Sequence record: MG655267.1
Reading direction: 5' to 3' (one strand)
Length of the DNA: 64,000 nucleotides
The notes beneath the pieces were generated by a model that saw only the letters and a list, made by a program, of their open reading frames with translations, had not been told where the DNA came from and made no database searches. Positions 26,512-37,604 of this stretch are shown here, one piece after another. Both the position numbers and the translations under genes were made by a program. The first letter of the stretch is position 1. Each line of letters opens with the position of its first letter.

Positions 26512-27978
26512 ATGTCTATTGATCTGATCGCTTCCTTTATCGACGATTCGGGCAATGTCCCGATGACGGCGCTGACCGTGGTAAAGAAAGAGAACGACGA
26601 AGCCAACGCACAACTGCCGAAACAGGTAGCGATGCTGAAAGCCTCTAACGAACGTATCGTTGAACTTCAGTCTGTGATTGAACGTGTGCGCCGTGAAGGC
26701 ATGAGCCGTGAAGTCGCCGCGATCGTTGCCTCGATTGCACCCGAAGCGTTGCCGGTTGGCTACGGTGCTGAAGGTTTCACTGAGCAACCCTCAAAGCTTG
26801 GGATGGCTGCTGGTCTGGAATCGATCACCGCCTACGTGATTGATGGTATCAAACGTCTGATTGCGTTCCTGATCGATAAGGCCAAGAAAGCCGCTGCCTT
26901 TATTGTGGATCAGTATCGTCGTCTGACGGGCATTGCTCCCACTGCGTACAAGATCGATCGTCGTGCTGCGTACCTTACGGCGATGTCTGCCCGGTTTGCT
27001 CAGCACTTCGGTACGGATCTGGCGACCCTGTTAGAGCAGGATATCAATGCCGGCTTTACCAGTATCGAAAGCACCCGCATGGTATTGAGCGGTATGTTTG
27101 CTGATGCGGAAGTGCTGCAGGCGGATCTGTCTAAATATGGCAAGCACATCAATGTCATGTCCAAACAGATCGAAGCGTTACTGGCAGATGCGCCAGCACG
27201 TGTGGTGCGGGTCAATGCGATTGTTAATGATGTCACGGTATCGCGCAATGGCAGCAACGATCGCAGTGCAGAGATCCTGCGTCTGATCGACACCCGTAAC
27301 CTCGATGCCCTGGTCAGTACGTTGCGCAGCGTCAGTAAGTTACTGGTCAGCAGCCCGATGTACAAATCCACTGGCACCGGTAAAGACGGCAAAATCAAAC
27401 AGACTATCCTTGAGCAGTTAAACAGCGATGGTTTCCGTGAGATGATGTCCGGCCTTTCCATGGCTGCTAATGCTGGCATGACCCACACCATGGACATGAC
27501 CGATGCCTCGGCGATCATTCGTTCACGTAATCTGGCTGAGGCTGTTAAAGAGCTCACCAATTACGAAGAAGTGAAGAAGCGTTCATTGGATGACCTCAAG
27601 TCTGCTACTGGTTCGATCAACAGCAACAAATATGTGCAGGCCGCTGAACAGTCACCGGGTGATGACCCGACCATGGCAGCTGTGGTGCAGTTTAACCAAT
27701 ACTGGGATGATGTCACGACCGCCGTAAAAGTGGCACAGGACATCACCACCGCCTACGCGGAGACGGTATTCAAACTGCAGCTGTTCTCGGTGCGTTGTCA
27801 AGACCTGGCGCTGGTACAGTGGTCCGCTAACCCAGCCAATGCCGGTCTGGCAGAAGCCAATGCGGCGACTGAACGTCTGCAGGCGGTGGTCAAGCAGTAT
27901 CTGGATAAGGTCGTGAAGAACACCACGGGCTTGAAAGGTGCGCTGGATGACCTCGGCAAACTGGTCAATCAACTGTAA
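26512..27978 (+). CDS. Inner-head protein (processed precursor)
   Basis: GAGGAG SD; GYGAEGF and AGLESI maturation-type sites followed by an amphipathic helix. Confidence 0.72.
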   Translation: MSIDLIASFIDDSGNVPMTALTVVKKENDEANAQLPKQVAMLKASNERIVELQSVIERVRREGMSREVAAIVASIAPEALPVGYGAEGFTEQPSKLGMAAGLESITAYVIDGIKRLIAFLIDKAKKAAAFIVDQYRRLTGIAPTAYKIDRRAAYLTAMSARFAQHFGTDLATLLEQDINAGFTSIESTRMVLSGMFADAEVLQADLSKYGKHINVMSKQIEALLADAPARVVRVNAIVNDVTVSRNGSNDRSAEILRLIDTRNLDALVSTLRSVSKLLVSSPMYKSTGTGKDGKIKQTILEQLNSDGFREMMSGLSMAANAGMTHTMDMTDASAIIRSRNLAEAVKELTNYEEVKKRSLDDLKSATGSINSNKYVQAAEQSPGDDPTMAAVVQFNQYWDDVTTAVKVAQDITTAYAETVFKLQLFSVRCQDLALVQWSANPANAGLAEANAATERLQAVVKQYLDKVVKNTTGLKGALDDLGKLVNQL

Positions 27979-27987
27979 GGAAATCGC

Positions 27988-29244
27988 ATGGAATCCACAT
28001 TACTTCAAACGATCAATGAAACCACGGAGTTGTGTGACTCTTTGATTTCGTTGTCACAACGTCTTGAGATGTTGGGTCCCATTGCTGCTGAGTCTGTTAA
28101 CTTCGCAAAGATCCATGAATCGATTAACCTGAAGGTGGCGAAGATTGCTGCTTCGATGGAGTCGATTGAAGCTAACGGCATCAACCAGGAGGCAGTGTTA
28201 GAAATCAATACTGCCATGCCTGGTATCATTCCCAACACCATCCCTCTTAATGGATACACCAAAGCCCGCAGTCAGATGAATGTGGGGTTTGCCTTAGAGT
28301 CGTTGGAGTCAGGTAAAGCAGCAATGATCTCCGGTTCAGTAACAGGGATCGTGGCCGTGATCGTCAAACTGTTTCGTTGGGTGGTCATGACCATCAAGCA
28401 GTATGTCAAATCACGCCGTGATGCGAACCGTCTCGGTGTCTCTGTGACACAAGCGCTGCAACGTGCGGGAACGATCAACGAATACCTGTTAGAGCAGTTG
28501 GCGAAAACCCCTGAAGCCAAAGCCGCCCGTCCGGGCTTTGAATGGTTGGTATCGATCTGGCGTCCGCAGGCTGGGATCTTTAAGTTCAATGAAGATGCAC
28601 TGGTGCAGTGGTGGCCAGAACTCGTCAATGAACTGGAGTACGAATACAACCAGATCAGCAAGGCGTTTGAAACACTGCGTAGCGGTGGGTCGTTTGTCCC
28701 GAACATTGCGAAAGCACATCAGTCGCCCTCCATGAAGCGTTTCTTTGAAGCCTTACCGCAAGGGACGGATCGTCAAGGGAACATCGTTGAGGTAGAGCTG
28801 GCTAAGAAGCAGTTCCAGGAGAACCCACAGCGTGCGTTGTTCCAACTGGCTGAGCGTCTGCGCTACATGATCATGCGCGAGCCTAAATCAAAAGGTACTG
28901 ACTTTGGGCAAGAGCTGATTTCAGTAGGTCGCAGTATTGAAGCCTACACCAATGTGGATCGTCTGGTGTTTGATCAGCTGAATACCTACGATACCAACAA
29001 TCGATTAGGGAAACTGGAAGAGGCGTTTGGTGCGTTGTATAAGCAAGTACAAGCCACACGCTACACTGCAGACAAAGCCCTGGTTGATGAGTTCGTGGGT
29101 TACCTGAACCGTTATTCAGAAAAGCTTAACTGTTTCGTGCAACTGATCACCATTGTGAGTTACCTGGATAGCTGTAGTTTCCAGATCCTTGACAATGTCT
29201 CCAAAGCCACCATGAAGTACGTTGATATTGCTGCCAGTAATTAA
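27988..29244 (+). CDS. Inner-head protein, distant paralogue of 26512..27978
   Basis: AAGGA SD; EINTAMPGIIP...GYT...FALES aligns with IVASIAPEALP...GFT...AGLES. Confidence 0.7.
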   Translation: MESTLLQTINETTELCDSLISLSQRLEMLGPIAAESVNFAKIHESINLKVAKIAASMESIEANGINQEAVLEINTAMPGIIPNTIPLNGYTKARSQMNVGFALESLESGKAAMISGSVTGIVAVIVKLFRWVVMTIKQYVKSRRDANRLGVSVTQALQRAGTINEYLLEQLAKTPEAKAARPGFEWLVSIWRPQAGIFKFNEDALVQWWPELVNELEYEYNQISKAFETLRSGGSFVPNIAKAHQSPSMKRFFEALPQGTDRQGNIVEVELAKKQFQENPQRALFQLAERLRYMIMREPKSKGTDFGQELISVGRSIEAYTNVDRLVFDQLNTYDTNNRLGKLEEAFGALYKQVQATRYTADKALVDEFVGYLNRYSEKLNCFVQLITIVSYLDSCSFQILDNVSKATMKYVDIAASN

Positions 29245-29246
29245 AT

Positions 29247-29298
29247 CGGCATAAAGGCCTGGCCTTCCTTGCGGAGGGCCAGAGCCTTGCTTATGCCG
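29247..29298. terminator. Bidirectional terminator with perfect CGGCATAA/TTATGCCG flanks
   Basis: CGGCATAA-AGGC-CTGGCCTTCC-TTGC-GGAGGGCCAG-AGCCTT-GC-TTATGCCG between convergent genes. Confidence 0.82.
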
Positions 29299-32248
29299 TT
29301 AAGCTTGACTTCGCTGAGGTATGTTTCAGGAAGGTAATGGAGATGTCTTCTTTCACCGTTAAGGTTTCATCCGACGCCACATCTACCCGTTTCTTGATGG
29401 CACACCGCATGGTGTCATCTAATGCGGTCATGACTTTGATGTCACCGTTCACCCCGAGTGCTTTAAACTCGATGTCAACCACATCAGACGTTCGATACGG
29501 TTTCAGCGCATCAACCAGATCTGTTAGACCAAAGGTCGCCCGGGCAATCACTGCAGCAATCGCTGGACTCACTTTCGCTGACAGGTTGTCACGCAACGAG
29601 GTGTTCTTGTAACCGTTGTCGGTCATGTAGAAGGTTACGTCAAAACCAATCGCGGCGGAGATCTGACGAGACTCTCGTGCATTGGCAATCACATCGATCA
29701 AGCCCAGGGTTTGTTTCGGTCGTAACGACACCGTGGTCTTCTCAAGCAACTGCCGCTTCACCGTGACCATGTCTTCTGTCACCCAGTCAACCAGATCAGA
29801 GATCACATCAGTGATGTATGTCTTATCCAGCGGGTTACCGGTAAAGTAGTAGACACCATCCAGACCCACCACATCGATCTCACGCACCACCACACGTTCA
29901 TTAAGCGGGATAGGGTTACCTTGCTCATCCGACTTAATGTCACCCACCCGATAACGATAGATGATGTTGTTATCAGCGTCATACATGATGTCGCCTTTGG
30001 CATGCAGGATGATCGGTTGGTTGTTGCTGTCAAACACCAATTGGTTAGTGACCGCATCACGCTGATACACCGTCTCTGCATAGCGCCATGGCACATCGAC
30101 ATCGTACTTCTGATACTCGATGTCAGACACCACTGAACGCGAACGCTGATACAGATAGGTCAGGGCTTTGCCCATCACCACATCGTAGGACTGCTCCGTC
30201 ACCACCACGAACTGCTGATCCAGGTAGAAACTCCCCAGCTTCTTATCACTGTCGCTGTACACCACGTCGTTCGGTGATTTGGCCACAGCAATACAGTTTA
30301 GCAGGATGAAGTTCTTTTCCAGTACCGAGCGCAACTTAGACGGCGCATTACCAAACTGACCAAAGGAGGTCAGGATGATCTCGTCCTCATTGGTGATGTC
30401 GAGATTACTGTCAATATCAAACTGCCAGACACGTTCGCGGGTTGCTGTCCGACCGATCATCAAGCCATTGAGGTAGCCGTAGTTGCTTTCCCCTTCCGGC
30501 ATGAACAGTAACTGACACGCCACATCGCTGTCTGCCAGGTCTTTGTAGTAATCACCTGAACTCGTCACCACGGTTGCTCTAAAGCCATTGGTGGTTTTGG
30601 TAAAGGTAAAACTGTCCGCCACAAGTTCAACACCGATGGAGTTGTTCTCATAGCTGAATACCCGACCTGCTACAGAAGGACGATCCAGATCATAGACCCG
30701 AGTGGTAAACGCATCGTTATTCGCATCCAACACCATGTAGAAAGGTGAGAACATGAACACGTTGTTGTTGACCGTCAAGGCACGACTGTCTAATCCCGCG
30801 CCGTTGATCGTAGCCAGCTCCGCATCGGATACCATGTTGTAGATACCGTTGACCAAGCGGTATAAGGCTGTCGGAGTGATGGTGATGCGATTGCCGTTAT
30901 CACGCACTGCGGTATTACTGACTAACTGCAACATCGATGACTGCAGGGTAATAATCCCGGTACCGGCCGGTGTATTGATGCCAGACTTGTTGGTCTGCGG
31001 ATTCAGTGACCGGGTCGCATGGTAAATACGTTGCGTCACTGTGTCTTCTGATTTCAATGCCCCGTAGCCTAAATCGACCAGGGTTTGTGAGACCTGCGCT
31101 TCAGTAATCGGTAAGACCGTTTTGTTGGCCGAATAGATCACCGCTTCACGCAACGCTTCAACACTGAGGCCGTTCACCCCACCGCTGACACCGCTGCTGA
31201 TCGACATGGTCTTTTCATTAAAGACGGTCAATGGGGTAGAGTACTTATCCAACACCCGATCTTCGTAATTGAAGTCACGGTAGACCGCACTGATCGAAGA
31301 AGACTGCAGCGCCAGCGTTTCGATAACCAGGTTACCTTTACTGGTGTAGACATCTGCCCGCACCTGACGACCCACTGCCAGATTGTTGGAGATGTAGATT
31401 TCCGGTAGCACAACCTTCACTGAGTCTTCTAACACCTGGGCGACGAAGGTCAGCTTGGTGTTGTCATAGACCAGGTCATCATGGGTGACGTACGCCTCTT
31501 CCCACTCATCAGTCACATTCGCCCGTGTAAAGACACGCAGGTAATAGAACTGGTCACCTTTTAATGGATAGGTATTGCGATACCCACTCATGCTGGTAAT
31601 CTGACCGTAATAAGGCTGGGCTTTGAACTGACGTAAAGGTACCGTGATGTAGAGCAGTTCAACCCCGTTGAAGATCGCAGTCCGCCAGGTTAACTGGTTG
31701 GTCTCAACCGTCAGGAGTGGGCTGGGTTGCGACACATCGTACACCACCACAAAGCCGCCATGTTTCATCACCCGGATTTCAATCGGATACTCCAGACTGA
31801 AGGTGACGTCCATCACCGTGATTTCCGTGTTGCGTGGAATCACCATCTTCGAGTAGATGCTGTCGATGTCATCGTTGCCACTGCTGTCGAGCTGTACCGC
31901 ACGCGCCCGAATCTCATCGGCATTGAAAATAAAGTTGGTGGTGATACGTGACGGGGTACAGAAACGGTTCTTGTAATCCTCATCACTCATGTTGCGATAC
32001 AGATCTTCATACGTCCGCGCCATCTTCGGGTAGTACGCCGTATAAAGGTCTTCATGGTTTTGCATCACAGCTGAACCGGTCAGGGCAACCAGCTCAAAAG
32101 CAAACATCGCAGGGTTGGTGGCGTTCATGATATCAATCGTGCCATCCATGTTTTGGTCTAACAGATCGAGTGTGTAGTCCATCATCAAAGATGGATCATT
32201 ACGCAGGTCGATCATTTTCTGTTTACGTACGTCGATGCTGTCGCTCAT
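29291..32248 (-). CDS. Large virion structural protein, baseplate-wedge-like (phiKZ gp87-like position)
   Basis: 985 aa beta-rich protein; SGGVNGLSVEALRE resembles the GG.D.ES.E.LR motif of gp6/baseplate-J proteins. Confidence 0.62.
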   Translation of the reverse strand: MSDSIDVRKQKMIDLRNDPSLMMDYTLDLLDQNMDGTIDIMNATNPAMFAFELVALTGSAVMQNHEDLYTAYYPKMARTYEDLYRNMSDEDYKNRFCTPSRITTNFIFNADEIRARAVQLDSSGNDDIDSIYSKMVIPRNTEITVMDVTFSLEYPIEIRVMKHGGFVVVYDVSQPSPLLTVETNQLTWRTAIFNGVELLYITVPLRQFKAQPYYGQITSMSGYRNTYPLKGDQFYYLRVFTRANVTDEWEEAYVTHDDLVYDNTKLTFVAQVLEDSVKVVLPEIYISNNLAVGRQVRADVYTSKGNLVIETLALQSSSISAVYRDFNYEDRVLDKYSTPLTVFNEKTMSISSGVSGGVNGLSVEALREAVIYSANKTVLPITEAQVSQTLVDLGYGALKSEDTVTQRIYHATRSLNPQTNKSGINTPAGTGIITLQSSMLQLVSNTAVRDNGNRITITPTALYRLVNGIYNMVSDAELATINGAGLDSRALTVNNNVFMFSPFYMVLDANNDAFTTRVYDLDRPSVAGRVFSYENNSIGVELVADSFTFTKTTNGFRATVVTSSGDYYKDLADSDVACQLLFMPEGESNYGYLNGLMIGRTATRERVWQFDIDSNLDITNEDEIILTSFGQFGNAPSKLRSVLEKNFILLNCIAVAKSPNDVVYSDSDKKLGSFYLDQQFVVVTEQSYDVVMGKALTYLYQRSRSVVSDIEYQKYDVDVPWRYAETVYQRDAVTNQLVFDSNNQPIILHAKGDIMYDADNNIIYRYRVGDIKSDEQGNPIPLNERVVVREIDVVGLDGVYYFTGNPLDKTYITDVISDLVDWVTEDMVTVKRQLLEKTTVSLRPKQTLGLIDVIANARESRQISAAIGFDVTFYMTDNGYKNTSLRDNLSAKVSPAIAAVIARATFGLTDLVDALKPYRTSDVVDIEFKALGVNGDIKVMTALDDTMRCAIKKRVDVASDETLTVKEDISITFLKHTSAKSSLTA

Positions 32249-32257
32249 CGTAGCCTC

Positions 32258-33283
32258 TTATTTTTGATCCTTCGGAACCCACCACTGGAATTCGTTCGTC
32301 ATCACGTCGATATAAGGATAACCAATAAAGTTGTAGCGCTGCATTTCACCCGGGGAGATTTTGCGGAAGAACGTGTTACGGTTCGCGGCTTTCATCTGCG
32401 GGTTAAATAACTCGACACAACTGTTGAAATCCAGGATCAGGGATTGCGTGTTATAGCGCCAGCCCACACACTGCCAGTTACAACTGATTTGGTTATTGTT
32501 CTTGATCAGTGGGGTGTCTTTGGTGGTGCCAAAGTCAAACGCATTACCAATCGGGTTGGTGGTACAGATTGCTGCGTAGGGTGCACCGATCTTTGTCACA
32601 TAGCGTGAAGTCTGATCCAGGATGATGCGATAGAAGCGCATGGTGTAATCAATATAGTTGTTAACAATGGCGTCCCAATAGGGAACCATGTCGCCAAGGT
32701 ATACCGATGAGCTGTACGTTTGCAGCAGATCCAGAATCATGGTGATCGGGTCACCTGAGATGTTGGTGTGCGTTGATGTCACCTGATAGGCTTCATTAAA
32801 CTCCGACTGACCATCAACCATCGACCAGGTTTCTTTACGTGAGCCTGGTGGTGCAGTAAAGGTATCAATCACGATATCGGGAAAACCGGTCATCGATTCC
32901 AGGGTGTTTGATAAAATGGACACGAAGGCCTGTTGGTTATCAAACAGTCTGGAGTAGCTTTTTCGATCAATTGTGCCGGTCGCATCAAACATCGAACGGA
33001 TCGCACCTGGGATCGTATCGGCGTTGTTTGAAGCAAGCGAAAGCAGCTTTTCTTGTCGATTCAGATTATCGTATGACAGGTTAAGGATTGGGCGTGTGAA
33101 AAAGGTATACCCCATGACGTCTTTGTTGATGGGTAGAAAGGCGCTACGGTTACTGAATTTGTTCAAACCCCAATAGTTATGCGCAAGCGATGAGGTTACA
33201 CTACCATACCCGGACTCCCTTGCAGCCGAGTCAATACTCTCGGTCCACAACCCAGGATTGTAGTCGTCATTGTCATTGGCCAT
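32258..33283 (-). CDS. Virion structural protein, tail-tube/tube-initiator-like (phiKZ gp88-like position)
   Basis: GAGG SD; 341 aa; GYTFFTRP.LNLS and GFPDIVIDTFT motifs; adjacent to the wedge-like gene. Confidence 0.58.
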   Translation of the reverse strand: MANDNDDYNPGLWTESIDSAARESGYGSVTSSLAHNYWGLNKFSNRSAFLPINKDVMGYTFFTRPILNLSYDNLNRQEKLLSLASNNADTIPGAIRSMFDATGTIDRKSYSRLFDNQQAFVSILSNTLESMTGFPDIVIDTFTAPPGSRKETWSMVDGQSEFNEAYQVTSTHTNISGDPITMILDLLQTYSSSVYLGDMVPYWDAIVNNYIDYTMRFYRIILDQTSRYVTKIGAPYAAICTTNPIGNAFDFGTTKDTPLIKNNNQISCNWQCVGWRYNTQSLILDFNSCVELFNPQMKAANRNTFFRKISPGEMQRYNFIGYPYIDVMTNEFQWWVPKDQK

Positions 33284-33336
33284 TACTCATCACCTCTTTG
33301 AAATAGAATATCCGTTGAATCCATAGGAGTACTTTT

Positions 33337-34503
33337 ATGTTACCATTAGTTACGGGGGCGATTACACTGGCCAGTTCGCTTGCGCTTGTCGCCGAACGTA
33401 TTCTGGCAGCCAAGAAAGCTGCTGGTGAAGTCGCTGGTACTGTTGACAATACGTTGGCCACGTTAGGCCAGATGGGCACACGTGATTTGGTAACCTTTAC
33501 CAAGGTGACCCGCATGGAACCTCTGGTGTTGTTAGATGATCGTTTGAAGTTTGATCCTTCGACCCCGGAGATCCTGCAAGTACTGACCAGTTTGATTGCC
33601 GGCTACTATACCCAGGCGTTTGCCCTGCTGGGCCAGGTCGACGGTATTGACGTCATCGGCACCCTGGATAAGCTGAACCCGTCACGTACTGGTATTGGCC
33701 TGAACAACTTTGAAGGTGATCTTGAGAAAGACGGCCTCCATAAATTTAGTAACCAGTCAAATACCCCTCTCTATAGTATCGGGCTGGAAGCACTGACTGA
33801 AGTGCAGAGCGCCGAGAACAAGCCGGTTAAAATCCAGACCGATAAAAATGTCGTGGCTGATATTTCGGCACCGACTAACCTGGCGCTGGGTAAGATGATC
33901 AAGGTGACCTTGTCAGCTAATGGCAACACCATTGAGATCCCAATCACCATCCGTGTGAAACCTGTCACTACCGGTAGCGATGCCGTTACGGCGATTCTGG
34001 CCATCGGTACCACGAAGAACACCGTGGCTGAGCGCTGGAACCGTTTCAAAGCTGGCGAGCTGACCTTCACTAACCTGGCCACTGGTGATGACGTGATTCG
34101 TCAACACAAGAAGATCCTGGTGCAGGATACCTCGGGCTTCTATGCCGAGATCACCCGTCGTGCCCGTGGTAATGCGAAGAAAGGTGCCCTGTCCGGTAAC
34201 CTGTCGCTGGCTACGGATTCTAACGTGGTAATGATCTCTTCAGCCACGGCGCTGGATGTGGGTCGCGAGCTCGGTGGTGAACTGTCCAACTTCCGTATCC
34301 GTGAAGCGATGTTCGCCAAGGTGTACTCTAACATGCTGATCATCGTGGATGACCTGCGTGGCATGGTCTCCTTCTACTACCGCGGTGAGTCATTACCAAA
34401 CGTGCTGTCGCTGCAGGATATCAAACTGTATAACAAAGGCAGCGGTCCAGACATCATGTCGATCTTCAGTGCGTTTGCTGAAAACAAAATCCCTTCCCTT
34501 TAA
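33337..34503 (+). CDS. Inner-body/head protein (phiKZ gp89-like position)
   Basis: AGGAG SD; hydrophobic N-terminus; SIGLEA site. Confidence 0.65.
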   Translation: MLPLVTGAITLASSLALVAERILAAKKAAGEVAGTVDNTLATLGQMGTRDLVTFTKVTRMEPLVLLDDRLKFDPSTPEILQVLTSLIAGYYTQAFALLGQVDGIDVIGTLDKLNPSRTGIGLNNFEGDLEKDGLHKFSNQSNTPLYSIGLEALTEVQSAENKPVKIQTDKNVVADISAPTNLALGKMIKVTLSANGNTIEIPITIRVKPVTTGSDAVTAILAIGTTKNTVAERWNRFKAGELTFTNLATGDDVIRQHKKILVQDTSGFYAEITRRARGNAKKGALSGNLSLATDSNVVMISSATALDVGRELGGELSNFRIREAMFAKVYSNMLIIVDDLRGMVSFYYRGESLPNVLSLQDIKLYNKGSGPDIMSIFSAFAENKIPSL

Positions 34504-34515
34504 GGATCTCGTTCG

Positions 34516-35409
34516 ATGAACATTTTTAACTACGTCAAAGGCCTGATTGGTACGGTTGACAAACGCGATGTCCTAAGCGAGATCGATGCCCTGCGTGATG
34601 AGCTCACCCGGTTCACCATTAACAACTATGCGAAAGCCATGGATGTTAATGTCAACACCGACGGCAGTAATTACTACGTAAAACAGATCAGCCGTGAATT
34701 CGCGAAAGTGAAACAGGTTGAAGGTTTACGTGGTCAGAACCTGATCGCTCAAACGTACATCTCCTTAAAGCAGCTGACCCTGACCCTGGAGTGGATGCGC
34801 AAACAGGTTGAGCGTGAGTACGGTGGTCGTATTGCCCGCGAAGCCGTTGACTTTAAACAAGCCAACTTCCTGCGCTATATCGACTCGATCGACTTCTACC
34901 TGCGTTACGCTCGCTCCATGCTGCTCGTGGTGACGTCCCTGAATGCTAACCCATCAGCGGATATCACCAAAGGCTTCACGGTGCATGAGATCCGTTTCCT
35001 GACCGATACTGCTGTGCACTTCATCTACCTGACCTCGCTGTTCTCACAGCCGGTGAGCGTGACTGAGAAAGTGTTCGATGCGGTACCGTCGGTTGTGGTC
35101 TCCGATGCGGATCAGCAAGCGATCGAAGCAGTACTGGGTAACAAGACCGATGTGGCGAGGTCTAACTTCATCCCACTGGGTTACAACCCGTTCTTCCTGA
35201 TTGGTCGTCTGCGTGCTGAACGTCGTGTGAAACGCCTGCGGGCAGCTGAAGCGGCAGCCATTGCCACTGAGCTGACCTTGAGCAAGCTCATGGACAAACA
35301 AGCAGGCGGGTCAGAAGACCCCACCATTCAGAAACAAATTGATCATTATCAGAATCAGTTGAACCGACTGAACTTTGAGATCGATCAGATCAAATCCGAA
35401 GTCGAGTAA
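34516..35409 (+). CDS. Inner-body/head protein (phiKZ gp90-like position)
   Basis: AAGGA SD; helical 297 aa protein with C-terminal coiled coil. Confidence 0.65.
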   Translation: MNIFNYVKGLIGTVDKRDVLSEIDALRDELTRFTINNYAKAMDVNVNTDGSNYYVKQISREFAKVKQVEGLRGQNLIAQTYISLKQLTLTLEWMRKQVEREYGGRIAREAVDFKQANFLRYIDSIDFYLRYARSMLLVVTSLNANPSADITKGFTVHEIRFLTDTAVHFIYLTSLFSQPVSVTEKVFDAVPSVVVSDADQQAIEAVLGNKTDVARSNFIPLGYNPFFLIGRLRAERRVKRLRAAEAAAIATELTLSKLMDKQAGGSEDPTIQKQIDHYQNQLNRLNFEIDQIKSEVE

Positions 35410-35419
35410 GGAGTCCGTC

Positions 35420-35959
35420 ATGGCAGATCGTGTTAGTACTGGTGCAGAGATTATCTACGGCACCGGCTTTACCTCCCATGGCGGTCCAGGACAGCAAGGT
35501 GTAAAGATCAACGTCGACAACAACGTCATTGATCTTTACCAGCGTTTGGCAGGCAACATCACGCTCGCCGGTAACTTTAACTTCCGAAAAGAAGTGTGTG
35601 TTACTGCTGCACGACTGTTACTGCCATTGCCAAACTGGCTCCTGGCCACCCGTAGCAATTACCTGCACTCCAAACACGCGCTGTTGTTCGCCCGTGACCT
35701 GGGGTTGATTGCAATGGGTAAGAGTCCGGACATGAGTGTGATGACGCGCATGCGTCTGTTTTCACCCAGTTCTGTGAAGTCCAACCCGGGTGAGCTGAAT
35801 GCGTCGAATTACGATGCACTCTCGTTGATCCCTAATAAGTTCATTGATGAGCTGCGTACCTATTCCAATGGTGCACAGCTGGCTAACCTGACCCGCGACG
35901 CACAGCATGTGAAAGACCTGGTCACGTCATTATATGTCATGTTTGGTTCTGTTGAATAA
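35420..35959 (+). CDS. Probable virion protein
   Basis: AAGGAG SD before ATG 35420. Confidence 0.7.
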   Translation: MADRVSTGAEIIYGTGFTSHGGPGQQGVKINVDNNVIDLYQRLAGNITLAGNFNFRKEVCVTAARLLLPLPNWLLATRSNYLHSKHALLFARDLGLIAMGKSPDMSVMTRMRLFSPSSVKSNPGELNASNYDALSLIPNKFIDELRTYSNGAQLANLTRDAQHVKDLVTSLYVMFGSVE

Positions 35960-35996
35960 CAGGCCTCAAAATCGGAATGTAGAGGATACGTAAAAA

Positions 35997-37586
35997 ATGA
36001 GTAAAGCATACCTCCATACCCTGCTGACTGCAGGTAATGAAGCGTTTGATGCAGCCGGCGAACCAGTGGGTGTGACTGTGGTTGATGCCCCGATCGAAGT
36101 GCCTGTTGTTGCAGACCCAGCAGTTGAGCCAGAAGCCCCAGCGGTAACTGATGCGCCAGTGGTTACGCAGGACCCGGTTGAGCCTGATCCAGAACCAGCA
36201 GCGGTCGTCGTTGCCATCAACGAAGATGAGAAAGAGCTGGTCATTGCGTCTACTGAAGCGGCTGCGGCCGAAGTGGTTGTGATCGAATCTGATTGCGCGC
36301 TGGAAGAAGTCGAAGACCTGCTGGACGACCAGATCCAGGTTGTGGCGGAAACTGAAAACATCGTCGCCTCTATGGAATCGTTCGTCGGTTCTGCGATGAC
36401 CATGCAGGATGCGCAAGCCCTGCAGCAGTGGGTGCATAACGCCACCCGTGGTCAGTATGACCAAGCTAAAGTTGTCGGCTCTCTGGAAGCGTTCGGTAAC
36501 GACGTCTCTACCGATGATGCGCTGAACGCTGGCCTGGAAGGGATCGGTGAGTTCCTGAAAGCTGCCCGTAACAAAGCAGCTGATCTGCGTAAAGTCATGG
36601 TTGCGCGCTGGAACGCTTTCTTCAAAGATGTGTTCGTGGGCTTTGATAAAGTCGCACGTCGTGCTGATGCACTGGGTAAACTGGCGAAAGGTACTTCAGG
36701 CGAATCCAACTCCTCTACTATTCAGCTGCCGCTGGATACTGCCTGGCGTCTGGTGAAAGATGGTAAGGTTTCTCAGAACCTGCCGAAAGATCTGGGTGAC
36801 CTGGGTAAATTTGCCAAGGCCGTCTTTAAAGACAACCCGGAAGCGCTGCTGGTTCATCGTAAGAAACTGGTTGACATCGCTGTTCGTCTGTCTACTGCTG
36901 ACTATGACGACGCGCTGAAGATCGGCAAAGAGCTGGTGAACTTCGAACTGCCAAGCGTTGGCGTGTGCAAAACCAAAGTGGTCAACAACTCCAACACGGT
37001 TGATGTGTATCGCTCTGATGAGTTCCTGGGTGCGCTGTCTATTTTCTATTGCAAACCTGTTGACAAAATCAATGCGCAGTTACCACTGCCGCGTCAGCTG
37101 TCGGACAAGTTCAACTCCATCATTGCGATCGATGTGAGCGTGTCTGAAACCGGTAAGAAAACACCGAAGCTGGATGTCTCTATTGATACCCTGCAGCCGG
37201 CTGAAATCGCCAAAGTGGCTGATGATGTTAACGCTATCCTGGGTGACATCCGTCAGTACCGCACCAACTACGGCGAGTGGTATGCGGCCAACAGCGATCT
37301 GGATCGTGTGATCGGTATCCTGGCGAACGTACCATGGTCTGGCGATGCTGGCACCACTACTGTCGACAGCACCACTGATGCCGAGGGTAATACCTCAACC
37401 ACCGTAAACATCATCGGTCTGAACCGCGACCTGGCGGATGTGATTGAAGGCATGCATGACATGTATAGCTACCTGTCTGTAAGCCCGATCCGTGTCCTGT
37501 CTGCTGAACTGCTGCCAATCCTGAACCGTGCACTGGAAGTGGGTGAACGTTCTCTGGCAACCTACAGCGACAACAACCTGGCGTAA
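35997..37586 (+). CDS. Inner-head paralogue family protein (phiKZ gp93-like family)
   Basis: Acidic Pro-rich propeptide; AGNEAF, ASMESF, GSLEAF and AGLEGI sites; strongly biased codon usage. Confidence 0.75.
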   Translation: MSKAYLHTLLTAGNEAFDAAGEPVGVTVVDAPIEVPVVADPAVEPEAPAVTDAPVVTQDPVEPDPEPAAVVVAINEDEKELVIASTEAAAAEVVVIESDCALEEVEDLLDDQIQVVAETENIVASMESFVGSAMTMQDAQALQQWVHNATRGQYDQAKVVGSLEAFGNDVSTDDALNAGLEGIGEFLKAARNKAADLRKVMVARWNAFFKDVFVGFDKVARRADALGKLAKGTSGESNSSTIQLPLDTAWRLVKDGKVSQNLPKDLGDLGKFAKAVFKDNPEALLVHRKKLVDIAVRLSTADYDDALKIGKELVNFELPSVGVCKTKVVNNSNTVDVYRSDEFLGALSIFYCKPVDKINAQLPLPRQLSDKFNSIIAIDVSVSETGKKTPKLDVSIDTLQPAEIAKVADDVNAILGDIRQYRTNYGEWYAANSDLDRVIGILANVPWSGDAGTTTVDSTTDAEGNTSTTVNIIGLNRDLADVIEGMHDMYSYLSVSPIRVLSAELLPILNRALEVGERSLATYSDNNLA

Positions 37587-37604
37587 CCGTCATAAGGCAA
37601 AGAG